A stretch of DNA of 64,000 nt. Origin: Eledone cirrhosa (lineage: Eukaryota). The stretch is taken from NCBI GenBank assembly GCA_964016885.1, contig CAXHJY010001746.1, positions 1,503-65,502 on the forward strand. The letters run 5' to 3'. The notes beneath the pieces are model-generated. The model worked only from the letters and a program-made list of their open reading frames with translations. It was not told the origin of the DNA and did no database searches. The translations under genes and the position numbers were made by a program. Positions 38,501 to 52,941 of this stretch are shown in pieces; the first letter of the stretch is position 1, and each line of letters begins with the position of its first letter.

Positions 38501-39339
38501 CAAAACTATATATATTATATGTATATATATATAACACAAATATATATATATATATGTATATATAAAACATGAAAATAATATTGATGCTATATATATTTAA
38601 AAAAATTTAATAATATATAACATAAAAGAAATATATATATACATATACATACATATATATATATACACACACACACATATATATATATATATACATACAT
38701 ATATACACACATATATATATACATATGTATGTATGTATATATGTGTATACATATATATATGTATATATATATAACAAAATACATAAAAAAAATTATTACA
38801 TATGAAAATGTAAGTTTCTTTTTTTAATTTTTTTTTTCATCCTTCAGTTTATGAAATTGCTGATAAGAAGGAGACGAAAGAGAAAGAATTAGAAGAAAAA
38901 TCCTACAAAAGATAACAAAAAAATAACAAAAAACAAAACACCTTGAACTGAGTGCATACACTACTACTACTACTACAACAACAACTACTACTACTACTAC
39001 TACCACTACTACTATCACCACTGTTAATCGAATCGTTTTCGAGCTATCGGGTGGTGGGGAGGGACAAATGCTGGGTATGTGTTTGTCTCTGGCTCTTTGA
39101 CTTACTCTCTCCCCCTCTCTTTCCAGTCCTCTTGCTCTCTCCCCCTATCTCTCCTCTCTATCTAGTTTTCTCTGTCTATCTAGCTCTCTCTGTGTTTCAA
39201 ATACTCGTCCCTTCCTCTGTCCCATCCCTGTCCCTGCATCCTTTCCCCCAACCCCCTGAAACATGCTGGTTCTGCTGCCAAAGTCAACTATGCCTTTATC
39301 CTCTCCTGGCCTGTGTCTAAATTAGAAACCATTATCAGT

Positions 39340-39835
39340 ATTGATTGGCAGTAATTGGTAGAGTTACGGCCCTTTATTTACATTCTGAGTTCAAATCCCG
39401 TCGAAGTTAACTTTGCCTTTCATCCTTACGGAAGTCGATAAAATAAAGTACCAGTAATGTACTGGAGTAATTGCTGGCCTTGTGCCAAAAGTAGAAACAA
39501 TTATTATTACTCTTATTATTATTAAGGACGGCAAATTGGCGGTAATCGGTAGAGCGTCGGACACCCTGTTTCGTGGCATAGAGTTATGGCCCTTTTCATT
39601 GAGTTCAAATCGCGCCGAGGTTATAGCTTTGCCTTTCATCCTTACGGGATTGATAAAATAAAGTACCAGTAATGTACTGGGGTCGATGTGATCAACTCTG
39701 CTCCCAAATTGTTCTCCATGTGCTTCCGCTGAGGTTAACTTTGCCTTTCATCCTTATGGGGGTCGATAAAATAGAGTACCAGTAATGTACTGGGTAATTG
39801 CTGGCCTTGTGCCAAAAGTAGAAACAATTATTAAG
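39340..39835 (+). mobile_element. Cluster of three tandem SINE copies
   Basis: The core ctttgcctttcatcctta..g...gataaaata.agtaccagtaatgtactgg occurs three times, with tRNA-like heads on two copies. Confidence 0.8.
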
Positions 39836-39857
39836 TAATTTTGTGACATATTGGTCG

Positions 39858-40900
39858 ACACCACCACTACTACCAACACCACCACTACCCCATCTACTAC
39901 TACCAACACCACCACTACCCCATCTACTACTACCAACACCACCACTACCCCATCTACTACTACCAACACCACCACTACCCCATCTACTACTACCAACACC
40001 ACCACTACCCCATCTACTACTACCAACACCACCACTACCCCATCTACTACTACCAACACCACCACTACCCCATCTACTACTACTACTATCAACACCACCA
40101 CTACCCCATCTACTACTACCAACACCACCACTACCCCATCTACTACTACCAACACCACCACTACCCCATCTACTACTACCAACACCACCACTACCCCATC
40201 TACTACTACTACTACTACCAACACCACCACTACCCCATCTACTACTACCAACACCACCACTACCCCATCTACTACTACTACTACCCCATCTACTACTACC
40301 AACACCACCACTACCCCATCTACTACTACCAACACCACCACTACCCCATCTACTACTACCAACACCACCACTACCCCATCTACTACTACCAACACCACCA
40401 CTACCCCATCTACTACTACCAACACCACCACTACCCCATCTACTACTACTACTATCAACACCACCACTACCCCATCTACTACTACCAACACCACCACTAC
40501 CCCATCTACTACTGCCAACACCACCACTACCCCATCTACTACTACCAACACCACCACTACCCCATCTACTACTACCAACACCACCACTACCCCATCTACT
40601 ACTACCAACACCACCACTACCCCATCTACTACTACCAACACCACCACTACCCCATCTACTACTACCAACACCACCACTACCCCATCTACTACTACTACTA
40701 CCAACACCACCACTACCCCATCTACTACTACCAACACCACCATTACCCCATCTACTACTACTACTACCAACACCACCACTACCCCATCTACTACTACTAC
40801 TATCAACACCACCACTACCCCATCTACTACTACCAACACCACCACTACCCCATCTACTACTACCAACACCACCACTACCCCATCTACTACTACTACTACC
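39858..40900. repeat. 30-bp (ACT/ACC)-rich minisatellite
   Basis: Unit ACCAACACCACCACTACCCCATCTACTACT. Confidence 0.95.
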
Positions 40901-41459
40901 CTTTCACTCTTCCTACTGACCCACCCCTACCATAACTTTTAAAACATCTGATTAAGGGCCAAAAAAAAACCCCAGAGAGACAAAGAAACAAAGCCAGCTC
41001 CTATGTATGACTTTTTTGGTGGGGCGCAGGGGTGAGGGGGAGGGGCGGAGAGGTCAGAGGTCAGGTGGGAAAAAAATGAAATTTGAAAAAAATGAAATTT
41101 TGAAAAAATGAAATTTTGAAAAAAATGAAATTTTAAAGAAAATGAAATTGCAAAAAAGTGAAAAATAAAATTTATTGTAAAAGGAAAAAAAAACAAACAA
41201 CAAAAACAAGAAACAGAACAAAGCAACCCCCCACCCACCCGCACCTCATGAGGATGTGACATTGTAGGGCAGATGTGACCCCCCCCCCTCCCATATGGGG
41301 GCTCAGGGTTGATTATTAGTCACATGACTGAGTCATGTGACTCTGAAATTGAAACAAAAAAATAATAATAATAATAAAAAAATAATAAATGAATAAATAA
41401 ATAAAGCAACAAATAAAAAAAACAACTGATCCATTACTGAGCTGTGTGTAGAATACTGT

Positions 41460-41700
41460 ATTGTATATACATATATGTTTTTATATATATATATACACAT
41501 GTATATATATATATATATACATTATATATATATAAAACATATATATATATAAACGTATATATATATACATTATATATATATATAAATATATTTATGTATG
41601 TTTATATATGTGTGAATATATACATGTATATATTTGTGTGTATGATATGTAATCAATTACATGTGCATGCCAGCATGATATCTATATATATACATATATA

Positions 41701-41731
<31 letters not shown>

Positions 41732-42130
41732 GTGTATGTATGTGTATGTATGTATGTATGTATATGTATGTATGTATATGTATATGTATGTGTATATATG
41801 TATGTATATGTATGTGTATATATATGTATATGTATGTGTGTATATATGTATATGTATGTATATATGTATATGTATGTATATATATATATGTATATGTATG
41901 TATATATATATATGTATGTATGTATATATGTATGTATATATGTATGTATATATATATGTATGTATATATATATGTATGTATATATATATGTATGTATATA
42001 TGTATGCATATGTATGTATATATATATGTATGTATATATATATGTATGTATATATATATGTATATATATATATATATGTATGTATATATATATGTATATA
42101 TATATATATATATGTATGTATATATATATG

Positions 42131-42199
<69 letters not shown>

Positions 42200-42204
42200 G
42201 TATG

Positions 42205-42287
<83 letters not shown>

Positions 42288-42404
42288 GTATGTATATATA
42301 TATGTATGTATATATATATGTATGTATATATATATGTATGTATATATATATGTATATGTATGTATATATATATGTATATATATATATGTATGTATATATA
42401 TATG

Positions 42405-42475
<71 letters not shown>

Positions 42476-42520
42476 GTATGTATATATATATGTATGTATA
42501 TATATATGTATATATATATG

Positions 42521-42555
<35 letters not shown>

Positions 42556-43108
42556 GTATATATATATGTATATATATATGTATATATATATGTATGTATA
42601 TATATATGTATATATATATGTATATATATATGTATGTATATATATATGTATATATATATGTATGTATATATGTATGTATATGTATATATATATATATGTA
42701 TATATATATATGTATGTATATATGTATGTATATGTATATATATATATATGTATGTATATATATATGTATATATATATGTATATATATATATATGTATGTA
42801 TATATATATGTATATATATATGTATATATATATGTATATATATATGTATATATATATGTATATATATATGTATATATATATGTATATATATATGTATATA
42901 TATATGTATATATATATGTATGTATATATATATGTATGTATATATATATGTATGTATATATATATGTATGTATATATATATGTATGTATATATATATGTA
43001 TGTATATATATATGTATGTATATATATATGTATGTATATATATATATATATGTATGTATATATGTATGTATATATATATATGTATGTATATATATATATA
43101 TATGTATG

Positions 43109-43155
<47 letters not shown>

Positions 43156-43652
43156 GTATGTATATATATATATGTATGTATATATGTATGTATATATATA
43201 TATGTATGTGTATATATGTATATATATGTATGTGTATATATGTATATATATATGTATGTATGTGTATATATGTATATATATATGTATGTATGTGTATATA
43301 TGTATATATATATGTATGTATGTGTATATATGTATATATATATGTATGTATGTGTATATATGTATATATATATGTATGTATGTGTATATATGTATATATA
43401 TATGTATGTATGTATATATATGTATATATATATGTATGTATGTATATATATGTATATATATATGTATGTATGTATATATATGTATATATATATGTATGTA
43501 TGTATATATATGTATATATGTATGTATGTATATATATGTATATATGTATGTATGTATATATATGTCTATATGTATGTATGTATATATATGTCTATATGTA
43601 TGTATGTATATATATGTCTATATGTATGTATGTATGTATATATATGTATATG

Positions 43653-43705
<53 letters not shown>

Positions 43706-43965
43706 GTATGTATGTATATATATGTATATATATATATATGTATGTATGTATATATATGTATATATATATATATGTATGTATGTATATATATGTATATATA
43801 TATATATGTATGTATGTATATATATGTATGTATGTATATATATGTATATATATGTATGTATGTATATATATGTATATATATATGTATATATATATGTATG
43901 TATGTATATATATGTATATATATATGTATGTATGTGTATATATATGTATGTATGTATATATATAA
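41460..43965. repeat. Very long compound (TA)n/(TATG)n microsatellite
   Basis: About 2.5 kb made almost entirely of TA and TG dinucleotides; a similar block lies at 2755-3516. Confidence 0.97.
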
Positions 43966-44544
43966 TTTACAAATATAAAAAAAAAACGAATATTAAAAGA
44001 TGATGTGTTAATCTTTGTTGTTGGTGATGCTAGTGGAGGATGTAGTAGTGGTGGTGGTGGTAGTGGAGGATGTAGTGGTGGTGGTGGTAGTGGAGGATGT
44101 GGTGGTGGTGGTAGTGGTAATGAGTGGTTGTAGTTGTGGTAGTAGTGGTGGCTTGCATGTTCCAACCTCTGTTTCATTAGTACCAGATAAATTACCACTA
44201 CTACAACCTTCACTACCACCATTACAACAACCTCCTCCACTACAACTTACGTATGGTACCATACTACTATTATTATTACTACTACTACTACTACAACAAC
44301 AACTACAGTGATGACTGACTAATAACCACCAAGAACATCACTACTACTTCTACCACCACAGCTACTACTATTACCACCACCAGCACCACCACCACCACCA
44401 CTACTACTACTACTACTGCAGAAAGCAAAGAAGACATCTACGCCACCACCATCACAACAGCTTTTATACTGCTACCAGAACTACTACATCATCTTTCACC
44501 ACAACTGTTGCTACTAATACTACAGCCTGAACTGCCACCACTGA

Positions 44545-45266
44545 TGTTACTACTACTACCAGAACCACCACAACAGCTGTTACTACTACTACCAGAACCA
44601 CCACAACAGCTGTTACTACTACTACCAGAACTACCACAACAGCTGTTACTACTACTACCCAAACTACCACAACAGCTGTTACTACTACTACCAGAACCAC
44701 CACAACAGCTGTTACTACTACTACCAGAACTACCACAACAGCTGTTACTACTACTACCCAAACTACCACAACAGCTGTTACTACTACTACCAGATCCACC
44801 ACAACAGCTGTTACTACTACTACCAGAACTACCACAACAGCTGTTACTACTACTACTACCCAAACTACCACAACAGCTGTTACTACTACTACCAGAACCA
44901 CCACAACAGCTGTTACTACTACTACCCAAACTACCACAACAGCTGTTACTACTACTACCAGAACTACCACAACAGCTGTTACTACTACTACCCAAACTAC
45001 CACAACAGCTGTTACTATTACTACCAGATCCACCACAACAGCTGTTACTACTACTACCAGAACTACCACAACAGCTGTTACTACTACTACCCAAACTACC
45101 ACAACAGCTGTTACTACTACTACCAGAACTACCACAACAGCTGTTACTACTACTACCAGAACTACCACAACAGCTGTTACTACTACTACCCAAACTACCA
45201 CAACAGCTGTTACTACTACTACCAGAACTACCACAACAGCTGTTACTACTACTACCCAAACTACCA
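44545..45266. repeat. 33-bp minisatellite
   Basis: Unit ACCAGAACTACCACAACAGCTGTTACTACTACT. Confidence 0.95.
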
Positions 45267-46394
45267 ACACCAAGGTTCAGGATTTCAATGTTCTAACTGT
45301 ATGTGTGGCTGTGTATGTATATATATGTGTATGTTTATATGTATATATGTGTGTAGGTGGTTGTGTATGTGGGTGTGTATAAGTATATATGCATGTGGGT
45401 GTGTATAAGTATATATGCATGTGGGTGTGTATATGTATATATGCATGTGGGTGTATATAAGTATATATGCATGTGGGTGTATATATGTATATATGAAGAA
45501 CAAGACATTTGTCTGGAATGCTCAGACACTTGCAAGCTGTTCCGTTGTTGGAACATCTGTAGCACTCCTTGTTGAAACTGATGAAGGTTCAACATATATG
45601 TAAACCAGCAATCCCACCGAGCTTGCTTAGTGAGGAGGGTGATATTTGGACACCCTGTGGGATAAAATACAAGACCTGGCAAAGGGCAGAGGAACTCAGC
45701 AGAGTCAACGGCCATCCAAATAGTATATATTTGTTTGTTTGTTTTTTTTCCACCTGGGAATGAAAGGCCCCAGTTGTTGTCACAACACCTTTCTAAGAGA
45801 GGGAAACTCTGAAAAAAAACCTGCGGCTTCAGAAGCATCTGATGACGTTGACCAGTTCTCCTTTTCGGGTAGTGTTTTCCATGCTTAGAAAGTGGGATTG
45901 GTCGAGTGCAAGGCCTTGCCCCTCTTTAAAAAAACCTTAAAAACACAGGCATTGCTTGTTCAGCATATGTCGCAGGTTCGTGTGGCTGGCCGCACCCTAA
46001 AAGTGCACCATTTTCTGTCATCTGACAAGCGGTTGCAATACTCTTAGCAGAGTATATATCTATATATATTTATATATAAGATATATATTTGGTTATTTGT
46101 ATTTGTAACTCATATATATATATATATATATATATATACATGTCAAGTATTGCCATAGAAAAGGTAAAGGAAAGAAGAGTGCTCTATGTATTGTACAGAG
46201 CTATTTAATGACATAATTGTTTCTACTTTAGGCACAAGGCCAGCAAATACCCAGTGCATTACTGGTACTTTATTTTAATGACATAATAAACAACACAATA
46301 TAATAAAATATGAAATAATTATATTGTGTTGTTTATTATGTAATTATATATATATGTATTTTACACTCGGTAAGTTCATGATTATTGAATCAAG

Positions 46395-46430
<36 letters not shown>

Positions 46431-46432
<2 letters not shown>

Positions 46433-46909
46433 AGGTGATTGAAAAGTAACTCCCTGTGGAATACCGAAAGGAACCTCACCATGCTGCAAGATGATATCTG
46501 GCCAGTTATCAGTACTTGGGAGAATATTGAAGATTTGATTTTGCTATTGTTGATGGTGAATGGCTGAATACCCATTCTCTGGGATATGTATGGGTCATCG
46601 TGGTCTGTATGAGTGGCCCTGCGGCTGTTTTGTTTGGGGTTGGTTAAAGGAGCAAGTCTACTCTCCCAAACCAACGTCTTTGGAAGAACTTGAAGGGTGA
46701 ATTCGAGAAGTTATTTCTTCCATCCCACAAGAATTCCTGGTGAAATCAGTTGATGCAGTTCCCGGGTGGCGAATGCTGGTGCCCATATTGAAATTTAAAT
46801 AAAACTTCATGCAATACGCTTTCTTCTCATTCATTTCTTGTAAAAAAATTATAGTTAAGAAATAAATTATAAGAATTTAAAAATAGGGAGTTAGTTTTCA
46901 ATCTCCCTG
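46431..46909 (+). mobile_element. Internally deleted Tc1/mariner-superfamily DNA transposon
   Basis: 25-bp TIRs CAaGGtGATTGAAAAgTAACTCCCT / AGGGAGTTAGTTTTCAATCTCCCTG-TA; the interior encodes the transposase C-terminus ...EWP..FVWGWLKEQVYSPKPTSLEELEG*IREVISSIPQEFL. Confidence 0.82.
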
Positions 46910-46978
46910 TATATAACTTTGATAGGTTTTAGCCAGTGTTGGCCCACACCATGTCTAACTTAATAGCACCGTGTGGTG

Positions 46979-47021
<43 letters not shown>

Positions 47022-48302
47022 ATTATGCACACACTTGATACAATCTCATTGTACACTTATGCTGCTGGTGCACTTCTATATATATAAATATATATCTGTA
47101 TGTGGTTGACGTCTGAGAGAAAGGAGTACTCAATACAGAAGTAGAGTTTAAATATTCATTCTATTAAGTCTAAATAGTGAGTCTCGTTACTCTGGAGTTC
47201 CATCCAACCTTGTTAGCTGCATGTCTGGCATACATGGTGCCAGACATGCAGCTAATACAGCACCCACTGACTCTTCAGGGAGTCAGTGGGTGCTGTAAGG
47301 CATCTCAAGGGTATTTTAAAATCCGGTAGTCCCGTCCCCTCTCCTAATCTGATACAGTAGATTTCTTCCAGAGAATGAAAGAAAGAAAAAGATGTAGATG
47401 AAGAATCGACCCCAGTACTTCACTGGTACTTTTCTTTATCGACCTCGAATGGATGAAAGGCAAAGTTGACCTCAACTGGATTTGAACTCAGAGCGCAGTA
47501 CGAATACCACAAAGCATTCTATGCGATATTCTAACGACTCAGACGATTCGCCGCCTTGTACTCTTAAGTTACCAGGAAGAAAGATAAACAGGTAATATCA
47601 AAATAGCTACACCGGTCGCATAATAAGATTTACACCGGTATTTTGAAAAACATTTTCGATGTTTCAATCACTGATTATCCCAACATATTGTCATTCCTGG
47701 CGTTATATAAATAAATATATAGGATATTTATACAGTTGAATGTTAATCTCTCCGACACTGATAAAACACAAGAGATTCGTCCAACTAATTGGTCTTCGTA
47801 AGTTACACGGATATATATATATATGTGTGTGTGTATGTATGTAAAAGGTAAACAAATAACAAAACAAACGGCACAGTACATGGAAGGAATATATTAGTTT
47901 AACACTTGAAATAACAGGAAGTTGCCGAAGAAGAGCGAGTAAAGAAAGGTTAATAGGAAATTCTTACACCGATATTTTGTAAGCAATGCTGGATATTACA
48001 ATGGCGTGAAGAGGTAAGTAAAGTTTTCTATCTCGTGTATGTTGGGATATGTTTGTATAGTACCTCTATGTAATCCGTAGAGCCCTTCCTAACTATTTTA
48101 AGATAAAAATATATATAACAGCGCCTTGTTCTAAAATAATGGATACTTTCAATAACGGAGTGACAGATGTTTATATAAACATACCATTCTTACAGTTGCT
48201 ACGGCATTGAATATAGTCATTTTTAAATTTAGAGTTACCTCCCTTGCTAATTTATGATTGATTGCCAAAGTTACTTTCCTTGAATTTTGTGAATATGTAT
48301 AT

Positions 48303-50487
48303 ATTTTACTATTTTACCTGTTCCGGCTGGGGCACCGCCCTTGTTGTTACACATTTTATCTCTAGCCTGTATTGGTTGGCTACTGGTGCGAGAGGGAGTT
48401 CGTTGTTGTTGCCCTTAGGTTTCCCTCGTGCCTTGCTATGGGCTCATCCGTCTTCGTTCCAAGGAGTAGAGGTTCAGTTCTTTTAGCCTCTCCCAGTAGC
48501 TTATCTCCTTCATCGTCGCAATCCTCTTGGTGTAGGTTCGCTGGTTAGTTTGACACTATGGGGTGACCACAACTGGGAGCAATAGCCCAGGCGGCTTAGG
48601 ACAAATGTCCTCCATAGTGTCAACATGGTGTCTCGGTTTCTTGTCCGGAAAATCCTCAAGATCCAGCCAGCGAGTCGTCTGCACATTGCCGCCACTTTCA
48701 TGATGTGTGAGGGAAAAGATACATCATCGCTCATGTCTATCCCCAGGTCTCGTATCGATTTCGACACGAGGACATCGGTCTCTCCTGGTCCGGCGTAACT
48801 GTGTTGTACTGTATTTGTGTTTGCAGGTTTGTATTGTAGGGCTTGGAATTTGCCAGCATTAAACTGCATGTTGTTGTCTTCCGCCCATCTGTATATGGCA
48901 TCCAGATCTTGTTGTAAAAGGGCAGCGTCAGCCGGGTTTTTGATTGCCTGTGCTACCTTAGTGTCATCAGCATAGCTACTGAGGGATGTTGTTGTATGTA
49001 CTGCAGAGGGCATGTCTGAGAGAGCCACCAAAAACAGTAGTGGTCCCAGGACTGTGCCTTGGGGCACCCCACTTGTTATTGATGTTTCCTTTGAGAGGGC
49101 CCCGTTTGCTGCGACTGTCTGGCTTCTGTCTTTTAAGAAGTCATGCAGCTACTCACCTACTTTTCCAGTTATGCCGAGTCCGTGTAGTTTGTGACATATC
49201 ATTCCGTGGTCGACCTTGTCAAAGGCCTTCGCAAAGTCAAGATATATCACGTCCAAATGTGAGCTGTCTAGTAGTTGTTTCAGTACCCAGTCGTAGTGAT
49301 GTAGCAGTTGTGTAAGGCAGATTCTTCCTGGACGAAAGCCATGCTGCATGCTAGTCAGACGGTCATTTTCCTCGAGGAAATTGATCAGTTTCTTTCTGAT
49401 GATTCGCTCCATGACCTTACTGATATGTGACGTCAGGGAGACTGGCCTATAGTTTTTGGCCTCCACTCTGCTACCTCCTTTATGGATAGGGCATATTGTG
49501 CCTTCTTTCAGCTCCCTGGGTAGTATACCGCTAGCCATGGAGCTAGTAGTGCACGTTTCAAATAGGATTCCTTCTTGTTTTTTTGTTTTCTTGTGCATTC
49601 AACTGGTTTGAGAGTTTAGTTCTACGTCTCATAAGGATTTTCCTATCTCTGGGAATAACATTTTTATGTCTGTGGGTCTTTTTCTTCGGGACAAACGTTT
49701 GGCATATAGTGTGTATCGTTGTCATGAAGTGTTGAAATTGTGTGTTAGTGTCTTGTGTGGCGGTGTTTTCGCTCCATATTTGCTTCCGGATTTCTCTCTT
49801 GATCTTTTTCCAGTTAGCCTTGTAAAAGTTAAGGCTGGATAACGTCCCGGTGCTTCTTGATGGTTGTGTCTCTGTTGGTTCTCTCGGACCACATATCATT
49901 AGTTCTACTAAGTTATGATCCGAGAAAATTGTTGGTGTCACCTTTACATTGTGGATGAGCACTTCGTTATTTGTAAAGCAGAGATCCAGGACATTCTCGC
50001 CTCTTGTTGGGAGGAGTACTGCTTGTTCCTGTGTGTGAGGGCCAGCGGGGACTCCGTCTGTCTCTGTTCTATTGATGTCATTCCAGGGAGGAGGTGGCCC
50101 TCAGGCCATTTGACCTTTGGCAGGTTGAAGTCTCCCAGCAGTAGAATGTTGAGACCCTGATCCAGTTTGTCAAGGACCTCTTTTATTCTACTGACGCTAT
50201 CCTCAATTTTACCCTCATGACTGGGGGCATCGGGCGGCCGATATGTGACACATATTACTGTCTTTAGGTGGTTCATATATACTATCAGTGTGTCACAGAC
50301 CGAGTTTGAATGTGTCAACAGTACAACTGGTGTGACATCTTCACGGATATACAAAGCAAACCCACCAAGAGTTCTCTCCTTCCTGTCCAAACGAAATACA
50401 GTATATTTCGGTATATGTATTTCCGCATCTGCTATACTGCTTGTCAGGTGCGTTTCGGTTATTGCCATGCATAATGCTTGATTGCTT
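48303..50487 (-). mobile_element. CR1-group LINE ORF2 remnant (APE plus RT) with deletions and frameshifts
   Basis: APE motifs ITETHL, YRPP, LLGDFNLP, SDHNL; RT motifs NYRPVSLTS, QHGFRPGR, YLDFAKAFDKVDH, PQGTVLGPLLF, YADD; C-terminal ISYWERLKELNLYSLERRR; GTAAAAT-type tail. Confidence 0.93.
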
Positions 50488-50781
50488 ATGGCTGAATCCC
50501 CCCCCCCCCCATATATATATATATATTGTGAATATGTATGTGTGTATGTATATATATATATATATATATTTCGTTTCTGAATTTGTTTAGCAAGATTCTT
50601 TATCTGAAAACGTGTGTTGAAACCGATATTGTTATACTTTGGGAGGGTCATGTTGCCAATAAGAAACACACGCACCAGTTGCTTTCACTTCAATTTATTA
50701 TAAATAAAATTTATAAATTTAGGAATTTATAAATTTCCGGTTGGTTGGTTGGTTCCACAACCAGACGATTGTTCATATATT

Positions 50782-50824
50782 GTCAAAGTTCTTTCGTCAC
50801 ACATTCTGTGACCTCTTCAGTGAC
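50782..50824 (-). ncRNA. Minimal type I hammerhead ribozyme
   Basis: On the - strand: GTCA-CTGAAGA-g-GTCACA gaatg TGTGAC-GAAA-GAAC-TT-TGAC; 4-bp stem I, 6-bp stem II, very short stem III, triplet CUU. Confidence 0.7.
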
Positions 50825-51234
50825 TGGGGATTATTTTCTTTGTTTTTGTGAAAGCAACTGGTGCGTGTGTTTATTATTGGCAACATGACCCTCCCAAAGC
50901 ACAACAATATATATATATATACAGGGTCCTACTCGTTCCTATATATATATATATATATAGGAACGAGTAGGACCCTGTTGGGGTCCTACTCGTTCCTATT
51001 ACCTACTCTACTACCCTAAGTATTGAGTACTTTGGTGCGTTATGGTCCACCTGGTTCCTTACCACTTTTCCTTCGTTATATATATATATATATATATATA
51101 TAGTGTGTGTGTGTGTATATATATATGTATACAAATAAATATGTATATATGTATGTATCTATATATATAAATATGTGTATATATATGTCTATTTGTATAT
51201 ATATATGTGTGTGTATATATATATATGTGTGGTG

Positions 51235-51267
<33 letters not shown>

Positions 51268-51425
51268 ATATACGTGTACACATATATGTATATATATATA
51301 TATATATATAACGAAGGAAATGTGGTAAGGAACCAGGTGGACCATAACACACCAGAGTACTCAATACTTAGGGTAGTAGAGTGGGTAATAGGAAAAAGTA
51401 TGACCCCGACGGCAGAGCTCAAGCC

Positions 51426-51458
<33 letters not shown>

Positions 51459-51964
51459 CATATATGTATATATATATATATATATGCATATATATATATA
51501 TGTATGGCTATGTACATATATGTATATATCTATATATGTATAGGGATATGTATAAGTATATATACATGTCTGTTCATATATATATGTATCATCATCATCA
51601 TCATCGTCATCGTTTAACGTCCATCTTCCACGGTAGCATGGGTTAGACGGGAGTTGTTCCACTTGAGGCAAGGTTGGTCGGGTGACCGTGTTTCGCTGAT
51701 ATAGGACTATCTGGCAGGTTTTCTACGGCTGGATGCCCTTCCTAACACCAACCACACTGGGAACTTTTTACCGTGTTACCTACACGGCCACATTACAGCG
51801 TGGACTGTGTGTTTTTTTTGTCGTGACACCTACACGATCTCGATCTCATTATCTCATTTATTTGGACTGGATGTTGTGGTACCAACTTTACAGAAAGAGG
51901 GTGGTGTTGGTAGCAGTGGATTGGGGTGTATATTTGGTTAAGAGGTGCCTACTGACTGTAGTAC

Positions 51965-52378
51965 AGACTACTCCATCCAATGGAAAGCCATCACTAAGTC
52001 CAAACCATACGCAAGGGGAAATACGACGTGTGGCTTATGCATTGACGAACGAATAACTATTCTAAAGAGATTACGCAATAGTGATTGCCTAAACACGAGA
52101 AGTGAATTTTTCACACGTTGTCCACACGTCGCCAAACACCTATTACATAACTACAAGGCTCCGGACTGATTCTTTGTAATTTTATTTTATTTTCAACCTA
52201 AAAACTTTTCGGACTCGCACGCAGTCTAGTATTGCCTGTGTGACTGGGTTTCTGCGCATGCGCGTTCGTACGGTTGTCCTTCCTGTTCCTAAAACCATGC
52301 TCATCCCGAGCTGAAGATACGCTAAGGTGAAACAATTGTTCTCAGTATGGTGAACTAACTGTTGTGTAACCACTTCTA
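51965..52378 (+). mobile_element. 5'-truncated Penelope-like element 3' end
   Basis: Encodes YSIQWKAITKSKPY...CGLCIDERITI...LNTRSEFFTRCPH (Penelope GIY-YIG C-terminal region), then a pLTR with a hammerhead, ending at (TA)n. Confidence 0.85.
52308..52343 (+). ncRNA. Minimal hammerhead ribozyme in the 3' pLTR of a Penelope fragment
   Basis: GAG-CTGAAGA-tAC gctaag GT-GAAA, palindromic ACAATTGT, triplet GUU, then CTC; about 140 nt after a Penelope endonuclease-region stop codon on the same strand. Confidence 0.72.
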
Positions 52379-52941
52379 TATATATATGTGTATGTGTGTG
52401 TGTGTATATATATGTATGTATGCATGTATGTATATAAATATATGTTTGTGTGTGTTCATAAGCCCAAGTTTCTATGATGATAAGGTTCCCCCCTATCTTT
52501 GTATATATATGTCGATGTCTCTTTCCACATGGCATCTCTGGTCCTCGATGTTGTCACCGCCTGCTTTACGTAGCATCTTAATTATCTAATATTTATTCAG
52601 AGAGGTTCTCCCTTCATATTACAAATATTCCTTTCTGACTCACTGAAAACTTGTCTTGCATCATCGAGTAAAAGAGATCTAAATAAAGAATATGTCTGAT
52701 GTTGGTATATATGTATGTAGGGACCTATAACATTCAGGGTGTCTAGGGTATTTTGTAAAAGTTGACAGATCCCATCTCCACCCCAGATCTGGTCACAGAT
52801 GTCTTACAGAGAATGAGAGTGAGAGAAAGGAATTGAGAAAGAGATATAGAAGAATCGACCCAGTACTACACTGGTACTTCTTGCTAACTACCTCGAATGG
52901 TACAATAGCGAAACCTAAACTTTGATGTACCTATATAAGTC

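Noticed and set aside
39754-40942. Mucin-like Thr-rich ORF (363 aa)
   Set aside because: Open in several frames and on both strands; pure 30-bp repeat with no signal peptide, credible splice context or unique domain.
41444-44003. Very long ORFs (up to 844 aa) of Y/I/M/C/V; similar ones at 2657-3722, 31560-32207 and 55319-56658
   Set aside because: Translations of (TA)n/(TG)n microsatellites that lack stop codons by composition.
44464-45296. Keratin-associated-like GSSSNSCC and mucin-like ORFs
   Set aside because: 33-bp minisatellite open in most frames; the Thr-rich frame has an in-frame TGA just upstream; no gene structure.
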